A stretch of 64,000 nt of DNA from the human T2T-CHM13v2.0 reference genome, Homo sapiens: NCBI RefSeq assembly GCF_009914755.1, contig NC_060925.1, one strand, 5' to 3'. This document shows positions 1 to 13,619 of this stretch, in pieces; positions within the stretch are counted from its first letter, which is position 1, and each line of letters begins with the position of its first letter. Made by a program: the position numbers and the translations under genes. A model generated the notes under the pieces. It had not been told where the DNA came from and ran no database searches. It worked only from the letters and a program-made list of their open reading frames with translations.

Positions 1-592
1 AGTGATGTTGATGTCATCTTAGAATTACAATTTTCTGACTGATCTGACCCAAAGGTTTTGAAACATCATAAAATATCACATTACCCCAATATGATGTCTG
101 TCATATACAATGTAATGTTGAGAAAGAGATGTCTAGAAAACATTGGTTCTCATTGTCAGACCCTGAGTCATTTCATTTGCCTGCCTCTCTTCTCTTCTCC
201 CCTTTATTGCAGATTTTGAACAAGGTTGGCATTGTGTCTTCCTGTGCACAGAAAGATTTGATTGCCAGGGGAGACACATCACTGTGTCTCCATAAAAGAA
301 AATATGCCAGCTGTTTCCATTACCATTTCCATATCAATGGCTTTTATCTGAATTCTTCTAATAATTGCCACTGTGGTAGAATATCAGACTGTTTATAGGT
401 CTGCCTATTATGAGCACATTTTGAATGTTTTAAATTCCATGGGGGCCCAAACTGCCTGTTCTACTTACCATTATACAGCCATTGGAGGCATAGTTACTGG
501 CACATGTATGCACTTAAGAAGTGTTTGTGGAAATGTGTGAATGAATGAATTATGTAGCTGTTCTTTGCCATATTTACTCAATCAGGGTAATT

Positions 593-1215
593 GTATGGAG
601 TAGACATCTCTGTTTCAGTTGCTGTGACTGCACCACAAACCTAAAGCTTAGTGATTTAAAACATCATGTATTTTGCTTACATCACAAAAACTGGCATTAT
701 GGAGAGGGCTCTGTGAGGATATTTTATTTCTTTTTCACTCATCATGGCTGAGGGAGTTCATGGTTGAGGGCAAGAATCTTCTGAAAACTTCTGACTTACC
801 TGTCTAGAGGTTTGACTCAAATGGCTGAGAGCTAGAACAACTGGAGATCCCTGGGCATTTCTATCTCAAAGTGGTCTCTGCTGCACCAAAACTTCATTAT
901 AGCTAGACTTCTTACAAAGTGGTTCAGAACTTCAAAGTTGTATTTCAAGAAACAGATGGAAGCTGAATTGTATTTTGTAGCTTTGCCTTGACTGTTATCA
1001 CATCATTTAAATTCTGTACAGTATTACACATAACATCAGTTTAGCTCTGTACAGCATTTAAACATTATACTCTGTTGATGGAGGCAGTTACAAAAGTTCA
1101 TGCAAGATAAAGCAGAAGACACAGAGATCCCACTTCTCAGTGGAGGAGCATGACATTACATGGCAAGCAGGGCCACATATGAATGAGCAATCTTTGGAAA
1201 AATACAATCTGTTAT
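593..1215 (-). mobile_element. Old MaLR LTR (MLT1 H-K group), degraded
   Basis: MLT1-like ends: 'caaacctaaagcttagtgatttaaaaca' near the start and 'atctttggaaaaatacaatctg' at the end. Confidence 0.6.
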
Positions 1216-1799
1216 AATTCTCAACCTCATGTTATTATTTTACTTGGAGATCATACAAGGATTCTTAGAATTCCACAGATTCCTCCTTTTATTCTAGAAA
1301 TGGAAAAGCAGTAAAAGCTTAAGTGAATAATAATTTTATTTTCACAAGACAATTTTGGATACTAGCCAATGTGAATTTCTCATTTTATGTTTCTAGGGAG
1401 ATGCAAGATCATTTACATTTTATTAAAACCTTCAAATTTTAACTTTTGATAAATTTTAGCTTTTAGAAGAATGGATAAAATGGAATAAAAGCATTCATAT
1501 TCTATTTTATTATTATCTACAGAACATATTATATAAGAACATGAAATATAATAAATATCTGAAGAACATGACAATTTGATGGCAAACTTTGAAATCATTT
1601 CCTGCTATATTATTAATCAAGTTCTCATCCAATCCTTAAAAATATATCATAGTGCAGTGATAGTATGCATTGTTATTATACCCTTGGGCTTTAACACAGG
1701 TCAAATTGTACTCTACGGATAGTGCCTCTGGCCAGAAAAATAATCTTCAGCACAATTGTAGGATATAGAATGGCATTTGTCAAACTGTATTTAAAAGTA

Positions 1800-2112
1800 A
1801 TGTTTGGTAGCTCATTTCTGTAATCCCAGCATTTTGGGAGGCTGAGGTCGGGGGATCACTTGAGCCCAGGAGTTTGAGACCAGCTTGTGCAACATAGGGA
1901 GAGACCTCATCTCTACAAAAAATAAAAAATTAGCTAGACATGATGGTGTGTGCTTGTGGTTCCAGCTACTTGAGAGGCTCAAGTGGGAGGATCACTTGAA
2001 CAGGGGAGGTCAAGGCTACAGGGAGTCATAATCAAACTGCTTCACTCCAGCCTGGATGACAGAGTAAGAATCTGTCTCAAAAGTAGATAAAAGAATAAAA
2101 TGAATAAAAAAG
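1800..2112 (+). mobile_element. Alu, old (AluJ-like), near full length
   Basis: Dimeric Alu with 'gatcacttgagcccaggagtttgagaccagc', A-rich linker, 'gaggtcaaggctacag' (J-type) and a decayed A tail. Confidence 0.93.
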
Positions 2113-2514
2113 AGAAGTGTTTGTTGAATTTATATGCTAGTCATACAGATTAGTGTGCCAGCTTATAATGGAAGAGTCCCCTGACACTGACTGTAGTAAA
2201 ATCAGAAAAGAATTTTTAAAGGCTGCCTATCTATAGATTGTTAGTTTTTGCAAATTTTAGAATATTCCTGTTTAACTGACTTTCCACATTTTAAATAAAA
2301 GAATTAAATGTTCTTCAATTTGAATTTTAAGAAATAATAATGGAAGTGCAAGAATACTTGCATGATGGCAGAGAGTTAGGTTTATTTGTGCCTCTACCAA
2401 ACTTCAAACTCTGCAACCTAGGCAAATCACTTAACTTTTTATGTACTTGGTTTCTCAGACAGAGTAACTGAGTGAAGGGATGAATGAATAAATGAAAGAA
2501 GAGTTAATGAGCAG

Positions 2515-2928
2515 TGTATTAGTACATTTCACTTTGCTATAAAGGAATACCTGACACTGGGTAATTTATAAAAGAGGTTTATTTGGCTTACCGTTCTGCA
2601 GTTTGTACAAGAAACATGGAGCCAGCATCTGCTTCAGGCAAGGGCCTCAGGAAGCTTTCAATACTGGCAGAAGGAGAAGGAGGAACAGGCATGTTACACG
2701 GAGAGTGAGGGAGCAAGAGAGAGGGGAGGAGGTGCCAGGCTCTTTAAACAACCAGTTCTCCTGTGAACTAATATAGTAGAGAACTCACTCATTACCACAG
2801 AGAGCCCCAAGCCATTCATGACAGATCTGCCCCCATGACCAAAACACCTCCGACTAGGCCCCACCTCCAACGTTCAGGATCACATTTCAACATGAGATTC
2901 AGAGGGGGCAAATGTCCACACTATGTCA
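2515..2928 (-). mobile_element. MSTA-like MaLR solo LTR
   Basis: TGTATTAG...CTATGTCA termini, typical MST body, near-TSD agcag/aacag. Confidence 0.9.
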
Positions 2929-4414
2929 AACAGGCCAGGGGGATCACAGATCTAATCCATAAGAGACTATCAAACATGGCTAGGGAATAGAACCTTAGTG
3001 GAAATTTAAAAAAAAGAAAAATATGTTTTATTATTTTTCAGGGAAAAATTGAATGTAGATGAAAGAAATGTATTCTGATCATTTCCTATGGGTGGGGCAT
3101 AAAATCCAACTAGACCTTGAAATGGAATTGTTTTCTAAGATGGCAGGGCTTTGATTTCATACAGTGAAGGTGATGAGAAGGGACTAAAGTATTCGATTTT
3201 GGAGCACTGAATAGAAGTTAAGCTCTCTACCAAGTAAATTTCATTCTTTACTTTTCCTTCAGTGATGTTCAGTTTCCCCTGTCTCCCTTCCTACATCCTC
3301 CCTCCCTTTTCCCTTTCAGCTAACATTTATTGGTCGTTTACCTTGTGCCAGGCACTGTTATCAGAACTTTCCATAGAGTAACCCATTTGTAAATAAACGT
3401 TGGACACTTACTTAATGAATATTTATTAGCCTGCATAGGCACTGTGCTGGTGCTGGAGCAGTTACATCTGTTACCTCGTTTAGCAAGAAATTTTTACTTT
3501 TGTCCTGCTCCTGGTCTGGTCTCAGACTTACTAACATCTTGTGCTGAATGAACGGGAACTTCTCTTAGAGCTCAGCTTCTTCACTTCTTCAGGTTTTCCT
3601 TGATGACTCATCTTTTAGGCCCTTAACAGGCTAAATTTCCAACCAAAACACATAAACACATTCACATACCAATAGAAGAACAATAATGGATACCATTACC
3701 ATCACCAATACAAGGAGGAGGTTAGTTTCTTTGCCAGCTAAGGCATTATGTAAGGTGAGATATAATAAATATCCTGGCATTATGGCCAGAAAGAGGACAA
3801 AAGATGAGACAAGTGAAACGTCAAGATCAAAGACAAAACTAGAATGAAAAGCGAGCTATTAATTGGTGCTGGGAAGTTAGGAAAGGAGTGGCAGAGATTA
3901 GGAAGCAGAGGTAATGGGAATAAATGATTACTGTGGCATGAATGAACATTTGTTAAGGAAAATACAATAAAAGTTTCAAAACTACACAGACTTTGGATAA
4001 AGTGTTTTTAGGCATATGCAAGTAAAAAGTTGAAAGTTAAAATGATGTTCTTCATGTTTTTTGAGTGAAAAGTATGTCTCCTGTTGAGATAGGAGCCTCT
4101 TCTCATTTTTTCTTTGTATTCCTAGCATCTAACGTATTCTTGGCATGAAATGGAAGGTTAAGAAATATTTGGGAAGGAATAAATGATGAAACTCATTTGC
4201 ACAAGGATTAAGAATACATAGGATAACATTAAAATCAGGAATAATTAAAATTTAAAGTATTGTTTATTAAGATATCACTCTATTTCTCAGTAGTTGATAT
4301 GTATGAGTAAAATATGAAGAGTATTTTCTGAATATTTTTATATATTCATATTCCCCTTCTTCATTCATTTATTTCAAACTCTCTATTTTAGCATTTGCCA
4401 TTATCTCTGCCTAG

Positions 4415-4548
4415 AACAGTGATTGTTAACTGTCGGTTCACATCAGAATAACAGTATTTAAATTTTATAAGGTCCATGCAGTCCTCTGTATTTTTAAAAG
4501 GATTATGGATCATTGTCATAATCACTCCTTGTTAAAAACCACTGGGCT
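4415..4548. mobile_element. MER5-like hAT-Charlie MITE remnant
   Basis: 'cagtgattgttaac...cacatcagaat...ttgttaaaaaccactg' resembles MER5 termini. Confidence 0.4.
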
Positions 4549-7294
4549 AACACATCTTTTCCCAGTTTAAACATATAGCTGAGTCCTACTTGTTTTTTTT
4601 TCTTTATTTTTTTTGAGATTTAGCAGTTGGCTAATATTCAATGTAATCAAAAATTTTAGTTATTTTTCTTTTGATGTTTATGAACAAACACAGATGAACA
4701 ATACCAGTAAGAATAGACATATTCAAAGCATAAAAGAAGCCTCAGGTACATTAAAATTTTCAGTGAATGTTATCTGGTATTATAACTCAGGTAGACAGGG
4801 GAAGTTACTGTCCTTTTATTGCACATTAACTCCAGCATATTAATGTGAAGCTTATGTGTCCTAAGGAAATAAAATTTCTGAGTTTTACAGCATTAAATAT
4901 TGCATTACACAGCATTAATATATTACAACACACTTGAAAGTAAACTATGATATTTTGATAGTGAACTTTCATTTTCAAGAGAAAATTATTTAAAAATGGA
5001 GAAGCCTATAATATTCTAAGAAATCTTACTACCTTACAAATTGTAGTCATATGTGGCTTAATTAACTAGTTTCAAGTTCCTTTTTGGTAGAAGACAATAA
5101 AGACAATCCACTTTCATATTCAGAATTACTTATCAATATCAGCATGATATCCAAAGTTAAACGGTAATTTAATGATGCAAAATATATTTTTTATTTTCAG
5201 GAACAGAAGAAGCAGTTTAGTTGATAGTATTATTTCCAACAAACTAGATAGCTGTAATTATACTTTTATTATCTAGAAACATTTTATAAATGCCTCTGAA
5301 GTAGAGAGTCTAATTTTATAGTCAGGACTCTGAATAAAATCAATATGCTTGATAAATGCACTCTACAATTGTCAAGAAATGGTCCAGTTAAAGGCCAAAT
5401 GGTATACAGCAGAAATTAATCCTTATGATCATTCATTCCAAAAAAAAAATGAACAAAGGGTTTTAGTTAACTAGTGAAAAACAACAGTCTCTAGTTTTTG
5501 AATAGTACAGTATAGTTGATTTGCATTTCTAATATTATATGTTATTGTTCCTATTGTGAATTTTGAAACTTTTATAATAGATGTAAATTTATGGTCATGC
5601 ACAGATATATTTTTAAACCGTCCTTAAACTAGCTTAATGTTTATGATGGATCAGTAAATAGGTACACTAGGTCTTCTGGTTTAAACCTAGTTGGTGTTCA
5701 TATATTGTTCCTTTTATTTACATTTTAATCTTTCACAAATGCATAAGTTCCTAAAATTGACATGCTCTCATGATAAAATATGGGAAAGTTGTGGGTCTAC
5801 CGTTTAAGGAACTAAAGGACTAGTAGGCTGATGAGAGAATTTAAACAATAATTACAAAAGAATCCAATGGAAATATTTAACAACCTTGCCATATGCTTTG
5901 CATGGTCTCAGGAACCAGATGAAGGACATTTTGAGCAAGGGACAAAGAAGATTCAAGTAGAGACACATTACAGACAAAAGTGTGTGTGTGTGTAGATACC
6001 TGCAGATCAGACCATCTGAACGACATGAAATAACAAGGTTGCCAAGGTGAATTTTTAACTTTCTAGTCAAACCAAATTATTTCCTTTAAGGATAAGGATA
6101 GAACGTAGGTAGAGTACCAGTTCATCTGAGTTTTGATATTTTTGTACTAAAGGTCAGCTGTTCTCCTATCCACTGGCTCTTGAGTACAATATGAGTCATT
6201 GTGAAAGTGAGCACCTCTTGCATCTTCTTAAAGAACCAACTTATTCACAAACATTAATTTTCAACCGAGAATTAACTCAAACTTTTGTAGGAGAGCTCAG
6301 GTGTTGGTGAATTTAAATGCATCACAACAAATTAAATGATTTTAAATGCTCATTCTTTCCAAACTCCTTCCTTTGCCAAGTCAACTAATGGGAATGATAA
6401 TGGGTTGGGGATTTAGGCAGAGAGCAATCTATGTTGCCCTTTTCTTGCCTGGCATCCATGCAGACTTCTGGTTTTGCTATTTTTAAATAAACACTTTTTA
6501 TCGAAATTACTTTTGGAGAGTCAATTTTCTTCCTCTTTTGTTATGCACAGCAATTCAGCTTTATTCACCTCCTGAGATTAAATTTAGCTGCTCAAGTCTC
6601 CACGCAGTGGTCAATGACACATACAATTCCACTGGTTACCCAGACCCACCCTCCTAGGAGGCAGTTTAATAATCACTTTTTATTGCATGATCATTTCTTT
6701 GGTGGCACACTACAAATTATATTTATTTAAATAAACACATTTATTTAAAACATTTAAATGCTTATTAGTTTCCTTCAAAATTTAATGCTCTTCTTAAGAG
6801 GAATTTTGGTGAATGAAATTTTGTCCACCTTATTGCTTACTGCATACATCTCAAGGACCTACCTGTGTCCTCTCTTACTATACTCACATAGATCCAACGG
6901 TCCCCTAAGTTAGGAACTATTTACGAACAAATGAGCACTTCTGTTTCCAAAGGTACTTACAATCAATGCAATTAATTAAGTTACTTGTTTAAGTCAGATA
7001 TTTCTGTGTGGCCAACGTGTGTCAAGTCTAACATCCCCACCAAGAAAATAGATGTATAGTTCTCTTTACAAAATCTGTGTTACATGCATGCGTATGTGAT
7101 GTGGGTGTGTATGCTAATAGAATTTATTCAAATAATGGGATGGAAGTAAAAGTATGAGGCCTGGGATTTGATGATGTACAGTATTAAACAGGACTTAGAG
7201 AAGAACCCAGTGGGAAGAGCTATGGGGAACAGACTAAATTCCTCATAGAAACCTCTCTCATGTTCCCTGACATTCTGTCTGTCCCTATCATATT

Positions 7295-7420
7295 TCAGAT
7301 TACAAGCCTCCTTGAAGGCATTTACTCTAGCTTGTTTGACACCAAAATCTCTGCATTCCTAGAAACTCAACTTAGTGTTTAGTACATATAGCTACTCAGT
7401 ATTTATTTACTGAGTGAAGG
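7295..7420 (+). mobile_element. L2 3' end fragment
   Basis: 'agattacaagcctccttgaaggca...tagctactcagtatttatttactgagtgaa' resembles the L2 3' terminus. Confidence 0.5.
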
Positions 7421-9195
7421 AAACATGGTTGAGATGGGAGAGGCAGGTAACTAAAAAATGCCAGATGCTTGGAAGTAAAAGAGAGATGGGGACAGGCTAG
7501 GCAACAAGTGCCTGGAGTGGAGGTGGGATGGGAAGACCGTAGGATGGAGGTGGAGCCAGAAGTGCCATCTGTGGGCAAGGAGAATTTTTTCTTACTCATC
7601 AAGATGCTGCTGGGATGATTCCTTCTTCAATAATTGGTCAGAAGGAATCACTCATTTGAAACAAAATTCTCAAGGAAGGGGATTATAAAATTAGATCAGA
7701 TTTGCTAGAAGAAAATATTAGTGCTGTTTTTGAAAAGAAGTATCAATGTCTTATCTCTTGGCTAGGAGCTTTAAGTTGATGTACTGTTACAAAATTAAAC
7801 TCCTTATGTTTTTAGATGAAGATACTCCACAAGTTTCCTATTTGTAAATTAATCATGAATGTCTTGAAACCAAGAAAAACAGTTTGTCACTTGTAGTCTA
7901 AAATGAAGAATGTATTTGGTTATGAGGATACATACCAGTTGAGGAGATAACTTACATACCAGAAGACCACAGAAAAATTATCTGAAGGCAGCTATATACG
8001 CAAGGCAGAATATTATGGCACGAAGAGTTGAAGGAATTTAACATAAGGGAATAATTATGGGATTTGAAATGTCTCATGATGAAAAAATACATTTCTTAGG
8101 CTCAAAGTAAGGCACACATATCACTCCACTTCCTTTGAATTAATGCATTACCCTTTACAAAGGTCAAACTATGACGCTGTTGAATCTAATCAAAATTTTG
8201 TTTTATGAAAACTACATGACCAGTTAACTGTGTTCAGAAGTCAAGGGCTGAATTTATCGCTGGGCTTATAAGAAGAAGAAATTGATACCCAGCGCATGCT
8301 CACTTAAGAAGCTGGTTAAAATAAAGAATTGCTGGGAATATTGCTAGTGATGTCTCCTTGACACTGCGAGTCATTATCTTTGGTAATTTTATCTACCCAA
8401 TATACAATGAGAACATGCTGAGGAGCAAGTGATATGTAAATACAGAGAACATTTGATATTTAAGTTGCCTCCACAAAAAAATTGGGGGAGGGTTAAAAAA
8501 CGCATATCATAAAATAATGGACAATTGAATTAAGAATAAAAACTCAGAACCAAGGAGTTATAAGTAAGAATAAATTGATGGGACTGCAGCAAAATTTGTG
8601 CAGTCAGTTAAGACTGAAAAACTTACTTTGATGTAGCCTTAGATTTAGTTTCAGACTACCTTTGAGCCATGGTGATCATTTCTTTTCTCTTACGATAAGA
8701 AATGAAGAAGCTCATCAAATACTCAAGGGAACCAGATCTTTTCCTAGAACAGAATTTCAAAAGAAATTTTTCATGTGGGACTTTGTTTGGAAGGCATTTT
8801 GGGATGCTGTATGTACTACCTTTAATAGCATTCGTATGTGGTGATGGATTCTTTATGCCTATTTCCTTTAATTACTTCCTATAAAAGCTGAGAGAATGCT
8901 AAAATGAAATTAAGTGAAGGCAATTCTACCATAAAAATATGATCTGCGAGTACAATCATCTTATGGTCAAGCATGAGCAAAGGATAGTCCCTAGATCAGT
9001 AGTCTTGAATCTAAAATAATTTTGAAATAAAAAAGTACCTTCTTGCTTATCTTTAGGTGGAATTTGAGTTGATTTTTCCATCATAATTTTGAATTGTTAC
9101 AAACATTGTAATTTCTGGTATACAGTGAATGTTGGCAATTAAAAATAAATCTTAAATTATCCTTTTACATGTATTCAGTGGAATGTACCATTTTT

Positions 9196-10178
9196 GTCCC
9201 AGTTCTCCAGGGAAACAAAACCAATAAGATAAGATAAATATATATATTTATTATATATAATAACTTACATATAATATTATATACATATATAAGTATGTAT
9301 AAATAAGAGAAGACATACTATGGGAATTGGTTCATGTGGTTATGTAAGCCAAGAAGTTCCACAATCTGCTGTCTGCAGACTGGAGAACCAGGAAAGCTAG
9401 TGGTGTAATTCAGTCTGAGCTGAAGCCCTGAGAACCAGGGGAGCTGATGGTGTAAATACCAGTCTACTATGGTTTGAATGTTTGTGTCTCCTCTGAAATT
9501 CATGTTGAAACTTAATCTCCAATGCAACATTATTGAGAGGTGTGATCTTCGGGAGGTGATTAGGTCATGAAGGCCCCATGTTCATAATGGATTAGTTCTC
9601 TTATAAAAGGGCTGGAGGGAACTAGTTAGGCCCCTTTTGGCCATCAGCTTTTTGCCATGTGAAGATGCAACAACCAGGCGTCATGTCGGAAGCAGAGAAC
9701 AGGCCCTCACCAGACACCTTGATCTTGGACTTCTTAGCCTCTAGAACTGTGAAAAATAAGTTTCTATCATAATTTACTCACTCAGGTATTTTGTTATTAC
9801 AGAACCAAAAGATTGAGACAAGGTCAAAGCCCAAAGACCTGAGAACCAGAGTGTGGGTGTGGAAGGAGTGCTAGTATAGGTCCGGAAGTCTAAAGGTCCA
9901 AGAAGCAAGAGCTCTGATGTCTGAAGGCAAGAAAAAAGTAGATGTCCCAGCTCAACAAGAAAGGAAGAATTCACCCTTGCCCCACAATTTTGTTCTATTC
10001 AGGTCCTCAGCAGCCTGGATGTTGCACTGGTGAGGGCAGATATTCTTTACTCAGTTTATGGATTCAAATGCTACTTTCTTCTGCAAACACTGGTACAGAT
10101 GCATGCAGAAATAATTTTTTACCAGCGATCTGGGCATCCCATAGCCCAGTCAAGTTGATCATAAAATTAATTATTACA
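9196..10178 (-). mobile_element. MLT2 (ERVL) solo LTR split by a nested MST LTR
   Basis: Left half 'gttctccagggaaacaaaaccaata', TA-rich tract and 'ctggagaaccaggaaagctagtggtgtaattcagtc'; right half ends 'cccagtcaagttgatcataaaattaattattaca'. Confidence 0.85.
9465..9820 (+). mobile_element. MSTC/MSTD-like MaLR solo LTR nested in MLT2
   Basis: 'tactatggtttgaatgtttgtgtc' start and 'gattgagaca' end; flanks cagtc/aggtc resemble a decayed 5-bp TSD; opposite orientation to the host. Confidence 0.85.
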
Positions 10179-10240
10179 CTATCCAGCACAAGAATATGAG
10201 ACACATCACCCAAATATACAACCAATATAAGCTCCTTTTT

Positions 10241-10543
10241 TGGGGGTGGGGGGGTGGGGGATGGAGTCTTGTTCTGTCGCCCAGGCTGGAGTGCAGTGGC
10301 GCTGGGGTGATCTCACCTCACTACAACCTCTGCCTCCTGGGTTCAAGTGATTCTCCTGTCTCAGCCTCCTGAGTAGCTAAGATTACAGGCGCCTGCTCCA
10401 TGCCTGGCCAATTTTTGTATTTTTAGTAGAGGTGGAATTTTGCTATATTGGTCAGGCAGGTCTGGAACTCCTGACCTCAGCTGATCCGCCCACCTCAGCC
10501 TCCCGAGATGCTGGGATCACAGGCATGAGCCACTGTGCCCGGC
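10241..10543 (-). mobile_element. AluS with 17-bp TSD and a G-rich (sense C-rich) tail
   Basis: Full antisense Alu; TSD aatataagctccttttt at 10224-10240 and 10545-10561. Confidence 0.95.
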
Positions 10544-11799
10544 AAATATAAGCTCCTTTTTGATGAAAATTTTACATAGCTTTTATTAATCACTGAAATT
10601 GTAATTCTATTTTACTTCTCTCACAGAAATTAATTGTAATGCAAATTTTATTCCTAAAATTTCTTAATGACCACTCAAATATACTCCTCTGCAACAAAAA
10701 TTACATAAAATAATTGCATTTGTTTTTAAAATTCTTTTAACCAAAAGCTTTAAATGTTGAAACTTTCTGCAAATCGATTCTATAATTATTAATAGATAAT
10801 GAATCAAAAGCATATATGTAGAGGTTCAAATGTTGATGAACTATTATTAAGCATAAAAAGTAAAATACATCTCAAATGAGATACGTAAGGGCTTTTTCCA
10901 ATTATTTTAAGATAAGTGATGGATATACTGTTTTATGTAAAATGGGGAAAGACAAGTGTGAAAGAGGAGATAAGAAGAAAAACTTTGGACAAAAAAACTC
11001 TCAGGCAAATCATTTGAGAGAGGAACATTATATATAGAAGTTAAAGATCTGGAAATGAATTTCTTTAAGTCTTTCTGTACAAATCACTCCTTGGACAATT
11101 TTTACATATTTCAGTTTGAAAATGTCTAGATCTCAAACTTATTGGTCGTGGCACACGATTAAATGAGGCAAAAGACCCTGCAGCCTACACATCTTGCCCT
11201 GTCCTAGTGGGGTTGTGGGTTTCTAAGTATGTGCACATATGTAGGCACATTAAGAGCTTACTTGAATTTCTTACTGAACTCTTAAAATAACAATGTTCAG
11301 AAAATTTTAATGCCATACTTAATTTGGTATGTAAATACCAAATTTAGAAGTAACATATTTACTGGGAAGTTTCTTTAATCATATAAAAAAATGAATCTTT
11401 GGAATTGTATGTCTTTCACTATTAAGAATAAGAAAATGGACTTGCATTTTTGAATTAATCTATGGCTCTGCAGGAGGACATCATCACAGCGAAAAATGAT
11501 CTGTAGGACAAGCTTTGAAAATTACCAATCTATTATAATCGATGGACTGCATGGTTGCCAAACAATCCTTTGAAATATCACCTTTTTTCCCTTTTAAACA
11601 GAGTTAATAATAAGTTTACTCAAAGGTCTGGTCTCTATGTATTTTCCTTTTTCCCTGATCCCTCACTAGTACACTAAAGGCATTCTAAGGCCATACTGAA
11701 GCAAAACAATGACTCAAAAAAGGATTTCCTAAGATCCAGAAACTTGCCAACAGAACTTATCTTTTCAGCTCTCATAAACCATGCAAAACTTGGGTTACC

Positions 11800-11995
11800 A
11801 TAGACCCTAGAGATAGGCTTTTTGGATTTTAATCCCAGCTCTTCCATTTATTAATTCTGTGTGACTTTATGTAAGTCATTTGTGACTCAATGTCCCTATC
11901 TGTAAAATGAGACTTAATTGAATTCATATTTATTTAAAGACAAATGCGTAGACTAGTTCTCAGTACATATTAAGTGGTATGTAAGGGCTTATTTA
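11800..11995 (+). mobile_element. MIR
   Basis: 'aatcccagctcttccatttatt...gtgactttatgtaagtcattt...ctatctgtaaaatgag' MIR core. Confidence 0.65.
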
Positions 11996-12724
11996 TTTTA
12001 AAATACATATATGTTCATATAACACTCTCATCACATTTTATACTTAACAAACCACTCTCACATTAAGTACATTATTCATTATTTTATTTTACAACATAGG
12101 AATTTCAAGAAAATACAGCTCATTTACTTGTCTTAAAACAAATAATTATAAACCGACATATTTGAAACTTAAATCCAGATTTTCTAGTTCCATGTTAAGA
12201 GATCTTTTTACCAAATGTGTATCTGAATTCACTTTACTAATGGAGTTGTTTTGTTACTTTCAAAGTGATTTTTGTATTTAAAGTTTTAACTTACAGAGCA
12301 CTTTCAGGTGGGTAAAGCAGACATACTTGAATTGGAAATGTCTAGATCTCAAACTTATTGGCCATGGTACACCTATGCAGGTTTTTCACCATCCTTGTAG
12401 GTAATTAGAGATTACACTTGGCTGAGTTTCCCTGGTTCCTAGTCCCACCTAGGTCACTTAAAAAGCCATTATCCAGAAGAAGAAAGATAATTACAAGCAA
12501 CACCTGGTGATACTTATATATGAAGTAAATGATCTCTTCCACACCTATTTCACTGTCCAGAAATACAATTTTCCAAGTTTCTAGATAAAATTTTTGGTTA
12601 ATAGAAAACAATATACTCAAAAGCCATATATTCTTTTTCTGCCTCAAGTTTTTTCTAATATAAATTCCAATACAATTTGTCTGGTTGGTAACTATTTTCT
12701 CTAACTGTTTGAACTAAATGATTT

Positions 12725-13505
12725 TGATAGGGACAAGAGGCAGGATAATTCTGGACAGAAGACAACAGATGCCCAGCGAGGGCCCCACCCTCAAGACTGG
12801 AACCACGGCCCAAAGTGGAACAAACATTCCTGTTTTCCCTCTTGAATGTTGCCTTATCCAAAATCACCCATGGCCTGCCCTGCCCCCCATCCTGTGCCCA
12901 TAAAAACCCCAGGCTTCGCTGGCAGAGGGAGGAGAAGAGGAGAAGCAGCTGGACGTCAAAGACTATGGTTGGACATTGGAGAGAAGCAGCTTGACTTGAG
13001 AGGGACGGCTTGACGGCAGAGCTTTGAAGAATCCTATGCCGGACTCTGGGGGAAGATTACCTTCTCGCTCCATCACCTTTTCAGCTCCCCTTCCCACTGA
13101 CAGCCACTTTCATTGGCAATAAAATCCTCTGCATTTACCATCACCAATTTGTTCATGTGACCTCATTCCTCCTGGATGCCCAGTAATTACTCGCGTGCGA
13201 GTAGGAAAGGCTGTCACACTGATCCTCCACTGAGCTGTTAACACCTAAGCCATCTGCGGATGGCAAAGCTAAAAGAGCACTGACTGCAACTCTCTTTCTG
13301 GGGCTTCGGGGTCATGGGCACCCCCACGAATGCTGCCGAATTTGTTCCTGCCGGTGTCCAAAAGTGCTTGCCCTGGCTCCCGCACCCGCTCACCTGCGTG
13401 CTCCCTCCCACTAGGGGTTGAGTGCGGCAGCTTCCAGTGAGTGGAGTTCGCCCTTGCCAGCGCCTGTGCACTCCAGTTCCTGCCCACGAAGGGGTCAGGG
13501 AAACA
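12725..13505 (+). mobile_element. ERV1 solo LTR of the LTR1/LTR27/MER52 group
   Basis: Starts 'tgatagggacaagaggcagg...ggccccaccctcaag'; TATA-like CATAAAAA ~12899; AATAAA 13118-13123; GC/CpG-rich; ends near 'aaggggtcagggaaa'. Confidence 0.85.
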
Positions 13506-13619
13506 AAATGACTCCTGGTCTAGAAAGATAGGAACCTGTCTTTTAGAATTTTAGTTGCCTTTCTTAATTTCTGCTATGTTAATTTGGAAATTATCTATAA
13601 ATGATCTCTCCACTTTAAC

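Noticed and set aside
1000-1065. Degenerate ~33-bp tandem duplication inside MLT1
   Set aside because: Ordinary slippage event in a decayed LTR; similar small duplications occur at ~4885, ~27557, ~41893 and ~46398.
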